A DNA stretch of 64,000 nucleotides from Myxococcota bacterium (lineage in GTDB: Bacteria; Myxococcota_A; Polyangia; Polyangiales; Sandaracinaceae), in contig JAYZQJ010000079.1 in assembly GCA_036149055.1 (NCBI GenBank), forward strand, positions 9,669-73,668, given 5' to 3'. The position numbers and the translations under genes are program-made. Positions 8,765 to 19,181 of this stretch are shown here, one piece after another. The notes under the pieces are model-generated. The model was not told where the DNA came from. It ran no database searches and worked only from the letters and a program-made list of their open reading frames with translations. How positions within the stretch are numbered: position 1 is the stretch's first letter; every line of letters begins with the position of its first letter.

Positions 8765-10008
8765 AGCCGCCGCGGCATCTCCGGCAGCGGGAGCGGGTCC
8801 GCGAGCAGGATCCCGCGATCGAGCCCGCACATCGTGCGGAGCATGCGGGTGCGCACGTAGGGCAGGCGGCAGGCGAGGCCCATGAACGCGTCGCGGAGCC
8901 AGCCCAGCGGGCGCAGGTCGCTCTGGAAGAACGGCGTCAGGAAGCGCGTCGCCCACTGGTAGTAGCCGAGGTGGTGGCGCCTCGTCCGCGAGTAGCGGGC
9001 CAGCCCGGAGGCGACGTCCTCGGCTCCCTCGAGCGCGTCGGCCAGCGCGAGCGCGTCGACCAGCGCGAGGTTGGCGCCCTGACCCAGCTGCGGGCTCGTC
9101 GCGTGCGCCGCGTCGCCCAGGTACACGACGCGCTCGGCGTGCCACGGAGAGAGCACCACGTCCCAGTAGCGCGCGAAGAGCACCTCGGAGACGTCGCCGA
9201 TCTGCGCGAGGACCGGAGCCGCGCGCGGCTCGAGCGCCTCCAGCTCGGCCCGCCACGCGTCGAGCCCCGCGTCGCGGACGCGGTCGACCTGGTCGGCGCG
9301 CACCGACCAGAACAGGCTCACCCGCGGGGTCTCCCCGTGCGGCCCGAGCCCCGACGGCAAGAGCCCGAGCATCTGCCCGGTGCCGTCGACCCGCTGGAAG
9401 AGCTCGCGGTCGAACTCGCCTTCGGCGTCCTCGCCGATGAACCACAGCGCGCCCCACGGGTAGGCGGTGGCGCGCCGGGTCAGCCGGGTGTCGTCGCGGA
9501 GCTGCGAGCGCGCGCCGTCGGCCACGACCACCAGATCGTGCGGCCCGTGCCGCTCTCCGGCGCGATCCACCACGACGCGCCGGTCTCCGTCGAGGGCGAG
9601 GTCCTCCACCGCGACCCCGCAGCGAAGCGTGACTCCGTCCTCTTCTCGGGCGGCGCCGAAGAGGGTCTCGAACAGCACGCCGCGGTGCAAGCCGAGCCCG
9701 AACGCGAGCGGGTGGAAGTCCGCGTAGCGGAGGTCGAGCACGGTGCGCCCGCGCCGGGTGAGGCAGCGCAGCCGGTCGATGGGGGCGCCGCGCGCGATCA
9801 CCTGGTCCAGCAGCCCGAGCCGCGCGAGCGCGCCCATCCCGGTCGGCTGCACCGTGATCCCCGCGCCCACCGGCTCGGGCTCCGGCACCGCCTCGTACAG
9901 AGTCACCCGATGCCCCTGACGAGCGAGCGCGATCGCGGCGGCGGCCCCCGCCGTGCCCGCCCCGATCACGCCCACCTCGAGAGAAAGCTTCCTTTTCGTC
10001 GCGCTCAC
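8740..10008 (-). CDS. FAD-dependent monooxygenase (UbiH/group A-like)
   Basis: GAGTAG, ADGARS, GDAAHATSPQLGQGANLAL motifs. Confidence 0.9.
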   Translation of the reverse strand: MSATKRKLSLEVGVIGAGTAGAAAAIALARQGHRVTLYEAVPEPEPVGAGITVQPTGMGALARLGLLDQVIARGAPIDRLRCLTRRGRTVLDLRYADFHPLAFGLGLHRGVLFETLFGAAREEDGVTLRCGVAVEDLALDGDRRVVVDRAGERHGPHDLVVVADGARSQLRDDTRLTRRATAYPWGALWFIGEDAEGEFDRELFQRVDGTGQMLGLLPSGLGPHGETPRVSLFWSVRADQVDRVRDAGLDAWRAELEALEPRAAPVLAQIGDVSEVLFARYWDVVLSPWHAERVVYLGDAAHATSPQLGQGANLALVDALALADALEGAEDVASGLARYSRTRRHHLGYYQWATRFLTPFFQSDLRPLGWLRDAFMGLACRLPYVRTRMLRTMCGLDRGILLADPLPLPEMPRRLQANVRPA

Positions 10009-10123
10009 TTCTCCGGTAGGATCGCACAACCGGGGCCCGCCCGTCCCGATGGGCGGCAGGAGGGGAGAGATGCTTGGACGAGCGGTGAGCACGGCCGCCC
10101 GGAGCGGCCGTTCTCGGTTCGCG

Positions 10124-11860
10124 TCAGGGCGCCGGCGCGCAGATGCTCGACCCACCGAACGGCTGGCACGAGTAGTCGGGCGTGCGGCAGTCGATGGCGA
10201 CACGGCAGTCGTCGAAGCAGAGGTTGTTTCCCCCTGCCGCGAGGCAGGACGAGCCCGTCGAACAGGTACGCGTGGAGCACGTCTCGGTGCAGTATCCTCC
10301 GATCCAGTCCACCGACGGGCCGATGCATGCGCCGAACTGTCCGCCCGCGCAGTCGGTCTGCCAGCGGCAGGGGGTGCCGACGGCGCCGGTGCCGGTCGCC
10401 GCGGGCCAGCACTCGCTGACCGTGTCGCTGTCGCCGGTGTCGTAGCAGCGGTAGCCGTCCATGCGACAGTCGGCGTCGCTGCCGCAGGAGTCGACGCAGA
10501 TGCCTTCGGTGGCCATCGCGCCGATGCTGCAGTGGCTGCCGGCCGGGCAGCTGGCCGGGCCAGTGCCGCCCGTCATGCAGCCGGTCAGGATGCAGTAGCC
10601 CTCGTTGAAGTCGTTGCGCGGGCGGCGGACGCAGACCGCGCGGTCACCGCCGGCGCAGTCGGAGACGCCGGTGCACGGGGCGCCGACGGCGGCGGTGCCG
10701 GTGCCGGCGGGCCAGCACTCGTCGCGCCCATCCGCGTTCGCGTCGAAGCAGGCGTAGCCAGGGCTGCGGCAGTCCGCGTCGCTCGTGCAGTCGGGCACGC
10801 AGGCGAGGAACGGCTCCATCGCGGTCCCGATGTCGGAGCAGTGGGTGTTCGTGGGGCAGTCGGTATCCACCATGCAGCCCGCCTGGTAGCAGTAGCCGTC
10901 GAGCCAGTCGCCGCCCTCGACGCAGCGCGCGTCGCCTCCGCCCGCGCAGTCCCAGACGCCGAGGCACGCGTCGCCGGGCGTGCCCAGGCCGGTGCCGGCC
11001 GGGCCGCACTCGTCCACGCCGCCTGCGTCTTCGTCCGCGTTGAAGCAGAGATAGCCGTCCGTGCGGCAGTCGGCGTCGCTCGTGCAGTTCAGGACGCAGG
11101 CGCCTTCGCCGCCGCCCTCCGGGATGAAGCCGCAGTGCTGGCCCGAGCCGCACTCGGAGTCGACCACGCAGCTGCGCGAGCAGTAACCCTGACGCCAGCC
11201 GATCGACTCACGGATGCAGAAGCCGTCGGCGGCGCCAGCGCAGTCGCTGTGGCTGGAGCAGGGGTCGCCAGTGGCGCCGGTGCCGCTGGCGATCGGCGCA
11301 CACTCGCGAGTGCCGGCCTCGTCGTCGTCCTGGCAGGCGTAGCCGGGAGCGCGACAGTCGGCGTCGGTCGTGCAGTTGGCGACGCATGCCCCCAGCCGGG
11401 TGATGTCGTCGACGTAGGCGCAGTGCGAGCCCATGCCGCAGTCGCCGTCGACGCGGCAGGTGTCGGTGCAGTAGCCGCCGTCCCAGGCGGTGTCGGCTTC
11501 GGTGAGGCACTCGCCGCGGCTGCAGCCGGTGTCGTCGCTGCAGGGGCCGCCGATGGGGCAGGGGCCGCAGTCGAGGGGCATGCCGCAGCCGTCGTCGCGC
11601 ACGCCCACGCCGCACTCGCCGGCCGCGCACACGTCCGGGACGCAGCCCGCGTCGGGCACGCCGGTGTCGGGGGCGCCGGAGTCGGTGTCGACGCCGGAGT
11701 CGGTGTCGACGCCGGTGTCCGGCGTGTCGCCGTCCTGCATCATCATCGTGCCCGAGTCGGTCGGCGTGACGCCGCTGTCCGCCGGGACGGACTCGCCGTC
11801 GCAGCCGGCCGCGCCGAGCGCGACACAGATCGAAGCCAAGAGCGCAGCGCGCTTGCTCAT
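10124..11860 (-). CDS. Cysteine-rich repeat lipoprotein
   Basis: Lipobox AAGC, DSG/DAG linker, 4 full plus 1 partial CxxDADCRxxGYxC...ECxPxxTG repeats. Confidence 0.85.
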   Translation of the reverse strand: MSKRAALLASICVALGAAGCDGESVPADSGVTPTDSGTMMMQDGDTPDTGVDTDSGVDTDSGAPDTGVPDAGCVPDVCAAGECGVGVRDDGCGMPLDCGPCPIGGPCSDDTGCSRGECLTEADTAWDGGYCTDTCRVDGDCGMGSHCAYVDDITRLGACVANCTTDADCRAPGYACQDDDEAGTRECAPIASGTGATGDPCSSHSDCAGAADGFCIRESIGWRQGYCSRSCVVDSECGSGQHCGFIPEGGGEGACVLNCTSDADCRTDGYLCFNADEDAGGVDECGPAGTGLGTPGDACLGVWDCAGGGDARCVEGGDWLDGYCYQAGCMVDTDCPTNTHCSDIGTAMEPFLACVPDCTSDADCRSPGYACFDANADGRDECWPAGTGTAAVGAPCTGVSDCAGGDRAVCVRRPRNDFNEGYCILTGCMTGGTGPASCPAGSHCSIGAMATEGICVDSCGSDADCRMDGYRCYDTGDSDTVSECWPAATGTGAVGTPCRWQTDCAGGQFGACIGPSVDWIGGYCTETCSTRTCSTGSSCLAAGGNNLCFDDCRVAIDCRTPDYSCQPFGGSSICAPAP

Positions 11861-11941
11861 CGTCATCCTCCCCTGCGCCGGTCCACCCACCGGCGTCTGC
11901 ACGGGCTCCACACACGAGCCCTCGACCCCGGATACGCAAAG

Positions 11942-11965
11942 AGGGACGCGGGAGCCCACGTCCCT
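11942..11965 (-). terminator. Hairpin downstream of VWA gene pair
   Basis: AGGGACGTGGG-CT-CCCGCGTCCCT followed by CTTTG on the minus strand. Confidence 0.4.
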
Positions 11966-11975
11966 GTGAGCGAAC

Positions 11976-13043
11976 TCAATTGCAGGTGATGTTCGCGCGG
12001 ACCGCGCCGCCGGTGGCGATGGCGCGCTCGCAGGCGGCGCCGAAGAGGCTGAGCTGGGCGCGCCGATCGCTCGTCCAGTCCCAGCCGTCGGCGCGGGTCA
12101 CGTCGCGCGGCACGGTCTCGCCGCCGACGAGCACCTCGACGACGTCGTCCTCGTCCGGAGGGATCGGGACCGCGAACACGCACTGCACGAGATCGCGGGT
12201 GATCTCGGAGAGCAGGGACTCGAGCAGGCCCGGGTCGCTCGCGTCGTAGAAGCGGCGAGGCTCGCTGTCCGGGCGCGGCCGGCCGCCGGTGACCGCCATG
12301 ACGTCGAGCAGCATCACCTCGGGCTCGGTGCTCGCGATGCCGACCACGTAGACGTCGATGCCGTGGTCCTCGTGCGCCTCGCGGATCACCTCGAGCGCCT
12401 CGGAGGTGGGCGACTCGCCGCAGGTCGGCGCGCCGTCGGTGGCGACGACGATGAACTGCGCGTTGTTGTCGTCGGCGCGGGCGAGCAGCGCGTCGAGCGC
12501 CTGGCGGGTGGCCACGGCGACCGGGGTGCCGCCGTTCGGGTTCCAGCGGCTGAACTGGCTGATCACGCCGGGCGCCCGGCCGGGGCCGATGTTCACGTCG
12601 AGGCCGCTGAACACGTCGCAGGGGCCCTCGTCGGCCCGGATCGACTGCGAGGGGAAGAACTTCGCGCCGACGCCGATCCGGTCGTCGAACACGCTCAGCG
12701 CGCTGCCCATGGCGCCCTCGAGGATCTCCCACCGCGAGCGCTCGCCGCCGACCGGCGGGCTGCCGTCGAACGCCGCGAGCATCGAGCCCGAGCGATCGAC
12801 GACGAAGACGACCTCGACCGTCGACGGGTCGAGGGCGACGATGCCGGGCACGCAGACGGGGGCCGCGTCGACCCCGGTGTCCACGCCGGAGTCGCGGATC
12901 ACGCCGGCGTCCATGCCCGCGTCTTCTTCGGGCGGCACGGTGGCGTCGGGGAGCTCGAGGCCGAGGCCGGTCTTCGAGCCGCACGCGCCGAGGGCGGCGA
13001 GCCCGAGCAGGCACGCCGCGATCCGGGGGAGGGGGTCGCTCAT
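11976..13043 (-). CDS. VWA-domain lipoprotein (CglB-like)
   Basis: Lipobox LGAC; MIDAS DRSGSM, GGTP, VATDGAPTC. Confidence 0.85.
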   Translation of the reverse strand: MSDPLPRIAACLLGLAALGACGSKTGLGLELPDATVPPEEDAGMDAGVIRDSGVDTGVDAAPVCVPGIVALDPSTVEVVFVVDRSGSMLAAFDGSPPVGGERSRWEILEGAMGSALSVFDDRIGVGAKFFPSQSIRADEGPCDVFSGLDVNIGPGRAPGVISQFSRWNPNGGTPVAVATRQALDALLARADDNNAQFIVVATDGAPTCGESPTSEALEVIREAHEDHGIDVYVVGIASTEPEVMLLDVMAVTGGRPRPDSEPRRFYDASDPGLLESLLSEITRDLVQCVFAVPIPPDEDDVVEVLVGGETVPRDVTRADGWDWTSDRRAQLSLFGAACERAIATGGAVRANITCN

Positions 13044-14197
13044 TCTTCGTCGCAGAGGATGTCGGCGGTGACCGTACCACCGGTCTCGGTCACGCGGGCG
13101 CAGGCGCCGCCGAAGAGCGTGACCTCGCGGCGATCGGGCCGGGTGAAGTCCCAGCCCTCGGTGCGGGTGCGGTCCTGCGGGATGAAGACGCCGTCGACCC
13201 GGAGCTCCACCGTCGCGTCGGCCGGGGGCACCGGGTCGAGATCGAAGACGCAGCGCGCGATGCTCTCGGTGATCGTGGTCAGCGCGCCGCTGAGGTCGTC
13301 GATGTCGCGCACGCTGTAGAAGCGCCGTCCGTCGCCGTCGTCCCGCGGGCGCCCGCCGGCGACCGCCATCTCGTCGAGCACGTCGGCGAGGTCGGGGCGG
13401 CTCGGATCGTCGATGCCGATCACGTAGACCGGGACGCCGAGGTCCTCGAACAGCGCGCGCACCACCTCGACCGAGCGCACGTCGTCGAGGCAGTTGTAGG
13501 GCGCGAAGGGCGACGCCGGATCGCAGAAGCGGTCGCGCGGGGTGCCGGTGCAGACGCAGCGCGAGGGCGGGACGCCGGTGTCCGGGTTGCAGTTGGGGCC
13601 GCCGTCGGTGGCGAGCACCACGAAGCGCGGGATGCCGGGCGCCGGGCGGCTCTCGTAGAAGGCGCGGATCTCCTCGAGGGCGGCCGCGGTCGGGGTGCCG
13701 CCGGCCGGCAGGGTGGTGTCGAAGAACGAGAGCACGCGGGCGGCGTTGCCGCGGGCCGGGGTCACGTCGACGCCGTCGTCGACCACGCAGGCCTCCTCGG
13801 GGGTCTCGGCGCCCATGGAGTCGACGCCGGGATAGAACTTCGCGCCGAGCTCCAGCAGCGGATCCTCGTCCGCGAGCAGGACCTCGCCGAGCACCTGCCC
13901 GAGCACCTCCCACCGCGAGGGCTCGAAGGGGGTCGGGTCTCCGCCGGCGAGGTTGTTCTCCATCGAGTTCGAGCGGTCGATCGCGAGGAAGACCTGAGCC
14001 CCGCGGCGCTCGAGGGCGATCGGCTGGGGCATGCAGACCTGGGCGTCGGGGCCGCTGTCCATCGGCGCGTCCATGCCGGCGTCCTCCGGGAGGTCCGCGT
14101 CGGGGATCAGGAGCCCCGTCTTGGCGCCACACGACGTGTCGAGCAGCACGCACGACGTGATCAGCAGCATCGACCCGAGCGCGGCACCCCTTCGCAT
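13040..14197 (-). CDS. VWA-domain lipoprotein (CglB-like), paralogue of adjacent gene
   Basis: CGAKTGL N-terminus; DRSNSM, GGTP, LATDGGPNCN; ATGA overlap with the next gene. Confidence 0.85.
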   Translation of the reverse strand: MRRGAALGSMLLITSCVLLDTSCGAKTGLLIPDADLPEDAGMDAPMDSGPDAQVCMPQPIALERRGAQVFLAIDRSNSMENNLAGGDPTPFEPSRWEVLGQVLGEVLLADEDPLLELGAKFYPGVDSMGAETPEEACVVDDGVDVTPARGNAARVLSFFDTTLPAGGTPTAAALEEIRAFYESRPAPGIPRFVVLATDGGPNCNPDTGVPPSRCVCTGTPRDRFCDPASPFAPYNCLDDVRSVEVVRALFEDLGVPVYVIGIDDPSRPDLADVLDEMAVAGGRPRDDGDGRRFYSVRDIDDLSGALTTITESIARCVFDLDPVPPADATVELRVDGVFIPQDRTRTEGWDFTRPDRREVTLFGGACARVTETGGTVTADILCDEE

Positions 14198-14277
14198 GCT
14201 GCGAGCATAGAGGGTGATGAACGCGGGAGCACGCGGACGCTTGCCGCCGCTCACGGCGACGGACTAGCTTCCGCCGG

Positions 14278-15972
14278 GTGAGCAAAGACAGCCGCGAGAC
14301 GGACGAGAGCGCCGGCAACTTCGTGCGGGACATCGTCCTCGAAGACCTCGAAGCGGGGCGACGGGAGCGCGTGGTGACGCGGTTCCCGCCGGAGCCGAAT
14401 GGCTACCTCCACATCGGCCACGCGAAGAGCATCGTGCTGAACTTCGGGCTGGCCCGCGAGCTCGGGGGCCAGTGCAACCTGCGCTTCGACGACACCAACC
14501 CCGAGAAGGAGAGCGTCGAGTACGTCGAGTCGATCCAGCGGGACGTGAAGTGGCTGGGCTACGACTGGGGCGAGAACCTCTTCTTCGCCTCCGACTACTT
14601 CGAGCAGCTCTACGCGTGGGCCGAGCAGCTGATCCGCGACGGTAAGGCGTACGTGGACAGCCAGAGCCCCGAGCAGATCAAGGCGGGCCGCGGCTCCTTC
14701 CACGAGCCGGGCGTGGAGAGCCCCTACCGGGACCGGTCGGTCGAGGAGAACCTCGCGCTCTTCGCGAAGATGCGCGCCGGCGAGATCGGCGAGGGCGAGG
14801 CGGTGCTGCGCGCCAAGATCGACATGCAGTCGAAGGATCTGAAGCTGCGCGACCCGCTGATGTACCGGATCCGCAAGGTCCACCATCACCGGACCGGCGA
14901 CGCGTGGTGCATCTACCCGATGTACGACTGGGCGCACGGTCAGTCGGACGCCATCGAGGGCGTCACGCACTCGATCTGCACGCTCGAGTTCGTCAACCAC
15001 CGCGCGCTCTACGACTGGTTCCTGGAGGCGCTCGGCCAGCCCGAGCCCCCGAAGCAGTACGAGATGGCGAAGCTCCAGCTCGACCACGTCGTGCTCAGCA
15101 AGCGGCGCCTGCTGCAGCTGGTGGAGGAGGGGCACGTCGACGGCTGGGACGACCCGCGCATGCCGACGATCAGCGGGCTGCGTCGCCGCGGCTACCCGCC
15201 GGAGGCCATCGTGGCCTTCTGCGAGCGCATCGGCGTCAGCAAGAACAACACGACCGTCGATGTCGGCCTGCTCGAGCACTCGGTGCGCGAGGAGCTCAAC
15301 GCCAAGACCCCGCGCTACATGGGCGTGCTCGATCCGGTGAAGCTCGTGATCGAGAACTGGGAGGAGGGCGAGGTCATCGACTTCGAGATGGACTTCCATC
15401 CCGAGGATCCGAGCTTCGGCAAGCGGAAGGTGCCCTTCAGCGGGGAGCTGTGGATCGAGCGCGAGGACTTCCTCGAGGAGGCGCCGCGCAAGTGGTTCCG
15501 GCTCTCGCCGGGCAAGGAGGTCCGCCTCCGCTACGCGGCGCTCGTGACCTGCACCGGGTTCGAGAAGGACGAGGACGGCAACGTCACGCTCATTCGCTGC
15601 ACCTGGGACCCGGAGAGCAAGGGCGGCCGCTCCCCGGACGGGCGCAAGGTGAAGGGCACGCTGCACTGGGTCAGCGCGGCGCACGCGGTCGACGCGGAGG
15701 TGCGGCTCTACGACCGCCTCTTCACCGACCCGAACCCCACCGGCCACGGCGACAAGTCGTTCCTCGAGTTCCTCAACGCCGACTCGAAGGAGGTGCGCCC
15801 CGGCTGCAAGCTCGAGCCGGCGGCGGCGGAGCTCGAGGCGGGGACGCGCTTCCAGCTCGAGCGGCTGGGCTACTTCGTGGCCGACGAGGTCGACCACCAG
15901 AAGGGCGCGCCGGTCCTCAACCGCACGATCACGCTCAAGGACACCTGGGCGAAGATCAAGGGCCGGCGCTGA
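14278..15972 (+). CDS. glnS: Glutamine--tRNA ligase
   Basis: [50 protein letters not shown]. Confidence 0.97.
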   Translation: MSKDSRETDESAGNFVRDIVLEDLEAGRRERVVTRFPPEPNGYLHIGHAKSIVLNFGLARELGGQCNLRFDDTNPEKESVEYVESIQRDVKWLGYDWGENLFFASDYFEQLYAWAEQLIRDGKAYVDSQSPEQIKAGRGSFHEPGVESPYRDRSVEENLALFAKMRAGEIGEGEAVLRAKIDMQSKDLKLRDPLMYRIRKVHHHRTGDAWCIYPMYDWAHGQSDAIEGVTHSICTLEFVNHRALYDWFLEALGQPEPPKQYEMAKLQLDHVVLSKRRLLQLVEEGHVDGWDDPRMPTISGLRRRGYPPEAIVAFCERIGVSKNNTTVDVGLLEHSVREELNAKTPRYMGVLDPVKLVIENWEEGEVIDFEMDFHPEDPSFGKRKVPFSGELWIEREDFLEEAPRKWFRLSPGKEVRLRYAALVTCTGFEKDEDGNVTLIRCTWDPESKGGRSPDGRKVKGTLHWVSAAHAVDAEVRLYDRLFTDPNPTGHGDKSFLEFLNADSKEVRPGCKLEPAAAELEAGTRFQLERLGYFVADEVDHQKGAPVLNRTITLKDTWAKIKGRR

Positions 15973-16567
15973 GGCGCGCGGCCTCCACCCGGTCGCGGAG
16001 CTGAGGCGCCCGCTGCTCGAGCAGCGGGAGCAGCGACGGCAGCGTCTCCGAGACCAGCTTCGCGTAGCTGATGGCGAAGAAGTAGGTGAGGTGCTGGAGG
16101 ATCCAGGCGTCGAGCGCGGCGCCCGGGTCTCCGCCGCCCGCCTCGAGCTCGGCGAGCGCGGCGCGGCTCTCGCTCCGGAACAGCTCGACCTCGCGGAAGC
16201 CGAGCTCGGCGTGGAGCAAGAGGTGCATCCCCGCGCCGACGAGCTCGCGGTAGGTCGTCATCTGCGAGCGGACCATCAGGGCGGCGAGCTCCCGCGCCTC
16301 CGCGTCGTCGAGGCCCTCGTCGAAGCGGTACCGGCACGCGCCGTCGTCGTCCTTGGCGCGGAAGATCAGGAAGTGCGCGTCCGGGTGCCGCCGCGCCTGG
16401 TGAAGGATGGTCTCGTCGATCGCGCCCGGCTCGGTCGCGCCTCGCCGGGCCGCGCCCCGCAGCGCCGAGAGGCGATCCCGGCCGACGACGACCTCGCGGT
16501 CCGGCGTCACGATCAGCGCCTCGCGCGGCCCCCGCCGCGTCTCGATGACCTCGACTCGTAGGTCCAA
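15956..16567 (-). CDS. Hypothetical protein
   Basis: 203-aa ORF with normal composition filling the gap after glnS. Confidence 0.65.
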   Translation of the reverse strand: MDLRVEVIETRRGPREALIVTPDREVVVGRDRLSALRGAARRGATEPGAIDETILHQARRHPDAHFLIFRAKDDDGACRYRFDEGLDDAEARELAALMVRSQMTTYRELVGAGMHLLLHAELGFREVELFRSESRAALAELEAGGGDPGAALDAWILQHLTYFFAISYAKLVSETLPSLLPLLEQRAPQLRDRVEAARLSAGP

Positions 16568-16618
16568 GCGACCCCCCGAGGGTCAGGATGACGCAAGACC
16601 CCCTCACCGACAAACCCC

Positions 16619-17587
16619 TCACGGGCAGCGCGCGGACCGCGCGTACGATCGGCCGTCGGCCTCCCACGCCATCCAGAGCCGCTCGGCGTCGCCCCGGAGC
16701 TGCCCCGCGCGCGGCCCCTGGGCCACCACCACCGGGTCGGCGCGCACGCCGAGGTCGGTGACCCGGCTGAGCCAGAGATCCCGCTCCGAGACGTAGAGGA
16801 GCGCGGTGGCGTCCGGCAGGCCGCGGGCGTCCACGTCGCGGGGGCGAGCCCGCGGCTCGGTGGCGCGGGCGGTCGCGCTCCCCACGTGCAGCCACAGCCC
16901 GGTGCGGTCGCGCGCGCGGGCGACGAGGCGCGGGGTCTCGCCCACCGCGAGGGCGCGCGGGGTGTCGGGGGCCGCGGTGACCTCGACGGGCTCGCCGCCG
17001 CGCAGCGTCCAGAGCTCGGCGCCGGGCGCGGTCCAGGACGCGAACGCGCGCCGCCCGTCCGCGGCGAGCAGCGCGACCGCGCGCGGACCGACGCGCACCC
17101 GCCGCACCTCCTCGACGCTCGCGGTGAGCAGCTCGGCGCGCAGGAGCAGCAGCTCTCCTCCGGCGCGACCGAAGAGCCAGGCGCGATCGCCGGAGACCCG
17201 GAGCTGCGCGTCGACGAGCGCGTGGGGGAGCGACATCCGGCGTCGCTCGGCGCCGTCTCGCCCGAGCGAGACGAGCACGCCTCCGTCGGCCACGCGGCCG
17301 GCGAGCAGCCACCCGTCGGCGGCGTCGTCGAGCGCGTCGACCCGGTCGAGCGGCACGGGGATCGGGGGGCGCTCCGCGTCGAGCACGTGGAGGGTGGGCG
17401 ACGGGGCGTGGGTCACGAGCGCGTCGTCACCGAGCGCCGGGGCCTCGCCGTCGAACCCGCGCGTCGCCGACAGCGCGCAGCCCTCGAGCCGGGCCCGCGC
17501 GGCGGGGGGCTCGGGCTCGGCCACGTCCGGCGGATCCGGCTCGCACGCGGCGAGACAGAGCAGCGAGCAGGCGAGGGCGAGGCGCAC
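16619..17587 (-). CDS. Hypothetical lipoprotein (beta-rich)
   Basis: VRLALACSLLCLAAC lipobox. Confidence 0.6.
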   Translation of the reverse strand: MRLALACSLLCLAACEPDPPDVAEPEPPAARARLEGCALSATRGFDGEAPALGDDALVTHAPSPTLHVLDAERPPIPVPLDRVDALDDAADGWLLAGRVADGGVLVSLGRDGAERRRMSLPHALVDAQLRVSGDRAWLFGRAGGELLLLRAELLTASVEEVRRVRVGPRAVALLAADGRRAFASWTAPGAELWTLRGGEPVEVTAAPDTPRALAVGETPRLVARARDRTGLWLHVGSATARATEPRARPRDVDARGLPDATALLYVSERDLWLSRVTDLGVRADPVVVAQGPRAGQLRGDAERLWMAWEADGRSYARSARCP

Positions 17588-17659
17588 CCGCGCATGGTCG
17601 GCGCAGAGGCGCGGCGACTTCAAGTGGACGCGGCTCCGGGTCGGTCCGAAGGTGTCGGC

Positions 17660-18214
17660 ATGACGAAGCCCGACTTCGAGGTCCGCGTCCCCGAGGGGGA
17701 CGACCGCGAGCGCGCGGTGTGCAATCGCTGCGGGTTCATCCGCTACGACAACCCCCGCATCGTCGTGGGCTCGGTGGCCACCTGGGAGGGCAAGGTGCTG
17801 CTCTGCCGTCGGGCGATCGAGCCGCGGCGCGGCTACTGGACGCTCCCGGCCGGCTACCTCGAGCAGAACGAGACGCCCGAGGAGGGCGCGCGGCGCGAGG
17901 CCCGGGAGGAGGCGCGCGCGGAGCTGGTGATCCGAGATCTGCTCGCCGTCTACACGGTGCGCCGGCTCAGCCAGGTCCAGCTGATGTATCGCGCGTCGCT
18001 CGCCTCCCCCGACATCGCGGCCGGGCCCGAGAGCGAGGCGGTCGGGCTCTTCGACTGGGACGAGATCCCGGAGGACGAGATCGCCTTCCCGACGGTGCTC
18101 TGGGCGCTCGCGTGCTTCCGCCGCGCCGAGGGGAGCGAGGTCTGGGTGCCGGCCACCAACCCGGAGGGCGAGAGCACCCGCATCTCCGACCTGGTGGACC
18201 GACAGCGTCGGTGA
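17660..18214 (+). CDS. NUDIX hydrolase
   Basis: Nudix box GYLEQNETPEEGARREAREE; CNRCG..YDNP N-terminal motif. Confidence 0.92.
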   Translation: MTKPDFEVRVPEGDDRERAVCNRCGFIRYDNPRIVVGSVATWEGKVLLCRRAIEPRRGYWTLPAGYLEQNETPEEGARREAREEARAELVIRDLLAVYTVRRLSQVQLMYRASLASPDIAAGPESEAVGLFDWDEIPEDEIAFPTVLWALACFRRAEGSEVWVPATNPEGESTRISDLVDRQRR

Positions 18215-18279
18215 CGCGGCGCGTCGTCGCCACCCTGGAACGTTTCCTGCCCTCCTGAACCTCGGAAAAGGAGAGCCGT

Positions 18280-18633
18280 ATGGAGATTCGAACAGGGAGA
18301 GGCGTGATCATCGCGCACCCGAGCCCAGGGCTGAGGATGCGCCTGGCGATGGCGTTCATCGATCGTCACCCGGTGTTCCTGTCCAACGGGATCGCGGGCC
18401 TGCGACGGCAGGTGGCCGAGATCCTCGCGGGTCGGGCCCGCGCGCCGGAGGCCTTCGTGCTGGGCGAGGCCGCGCTGAGCGCGCTGGAGGCGCACGAAGG
18501 CTGGGAGCTGATCGCGGCCGCGTGCCCGAAGATCATCGTGATCGGGGGACGGCCCGCGGCGGCGCGCCCGCGCCATCACGCGTTCGCCCGGGCGCCCCAC
18601 CCGGCGCGGATCCTCGAGCTGATCGCCGCGTGA
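18280..18633 (+). CDS. Hypothetical protein, degenerate receiver-like fold
   Basis: AAGGAG SD; alternating beta/alpha pattern (IIAHP, FVLG, PKIIVIG) without the receiver Asp. Confidence 0.5.
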   Translation: MEIRTGRGVIIAHPSPGLRMRLAMAFIDRHPVFLSNGIAGLRRQVAEILAGRARAPEAFVLGEAALSALEAHEGWELIAAACPKIIVIGGRPAAARPRHHAFARAPHPARILELIAA

Positions 18634-18661
18634 CGGACTGACCCGGTCGATGCACCGGGCC

Positions 18662-19114
18662 TCAGGGGGCCGACGCAGCTTCTGCGTGGGCGCGCGTCGA
18701 CGCGGCGCGTAACAGGCGCCCGTCACTCGAGCTGACGAAGCCGCGACCGCGAAGCCAGGCGAGCAGCCGATCGGCGTCCGGGTGAGCGGGCCGCACCACG
18801 TTGTAGAGGTAGTTGAGGCCGAGCCCTCGCGCCTCCCGCGCCAGGTGCTCCAGCACGTAGGAGCCGACGCCGCGCTCGCGATGCGCGGGGTCGACCGCGA
18901 GCAGGATCTCCGCGTCGCCCCAGTTCACGTCGAGCCACCCGTAGCCGACCGTCCGGCCGTCCCGCTCCACGCGCCACCACTCCCCCGGCGCGAGCTGCCC
19001 CGGCGTCATCGCCCGGTAGCTCGGATCGAAGATGCCCGGGGCCGCCTCGCCCACGATCCGCGCCTTGTCGGCGTCCCAGACCGGGGGGCTCTCGTGAACC
19101 CAAGTCATGCCCAT
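18662..19114 (-). CDS. GNAT-family acetyltransferase
   Basis: LAVDPAHRERGVGS motif A; strong GAGGAGG SD. Confidence 0.88.
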   Translation of the reverse strand: MGMTWVHESPPVWDADKARIVGEAAPGIFDPSYRAMTPGQLAPGEWWRVERDGRTVGYGWLDVNWGDAEILLAVDPAHRERGVGSYVLEHLAREARGLGLNYLYNVVRPAHPDADRLLAWLRGRGFVSSSDGRLLRAASTRAHAEAASAP

Positions 19115-19181
19115 CGGACCCTCCTCCTCTTTCACCATGAGCCCTGGGCGGCGGCGCGGTCAACCGTGCTAGACGTCGAGG

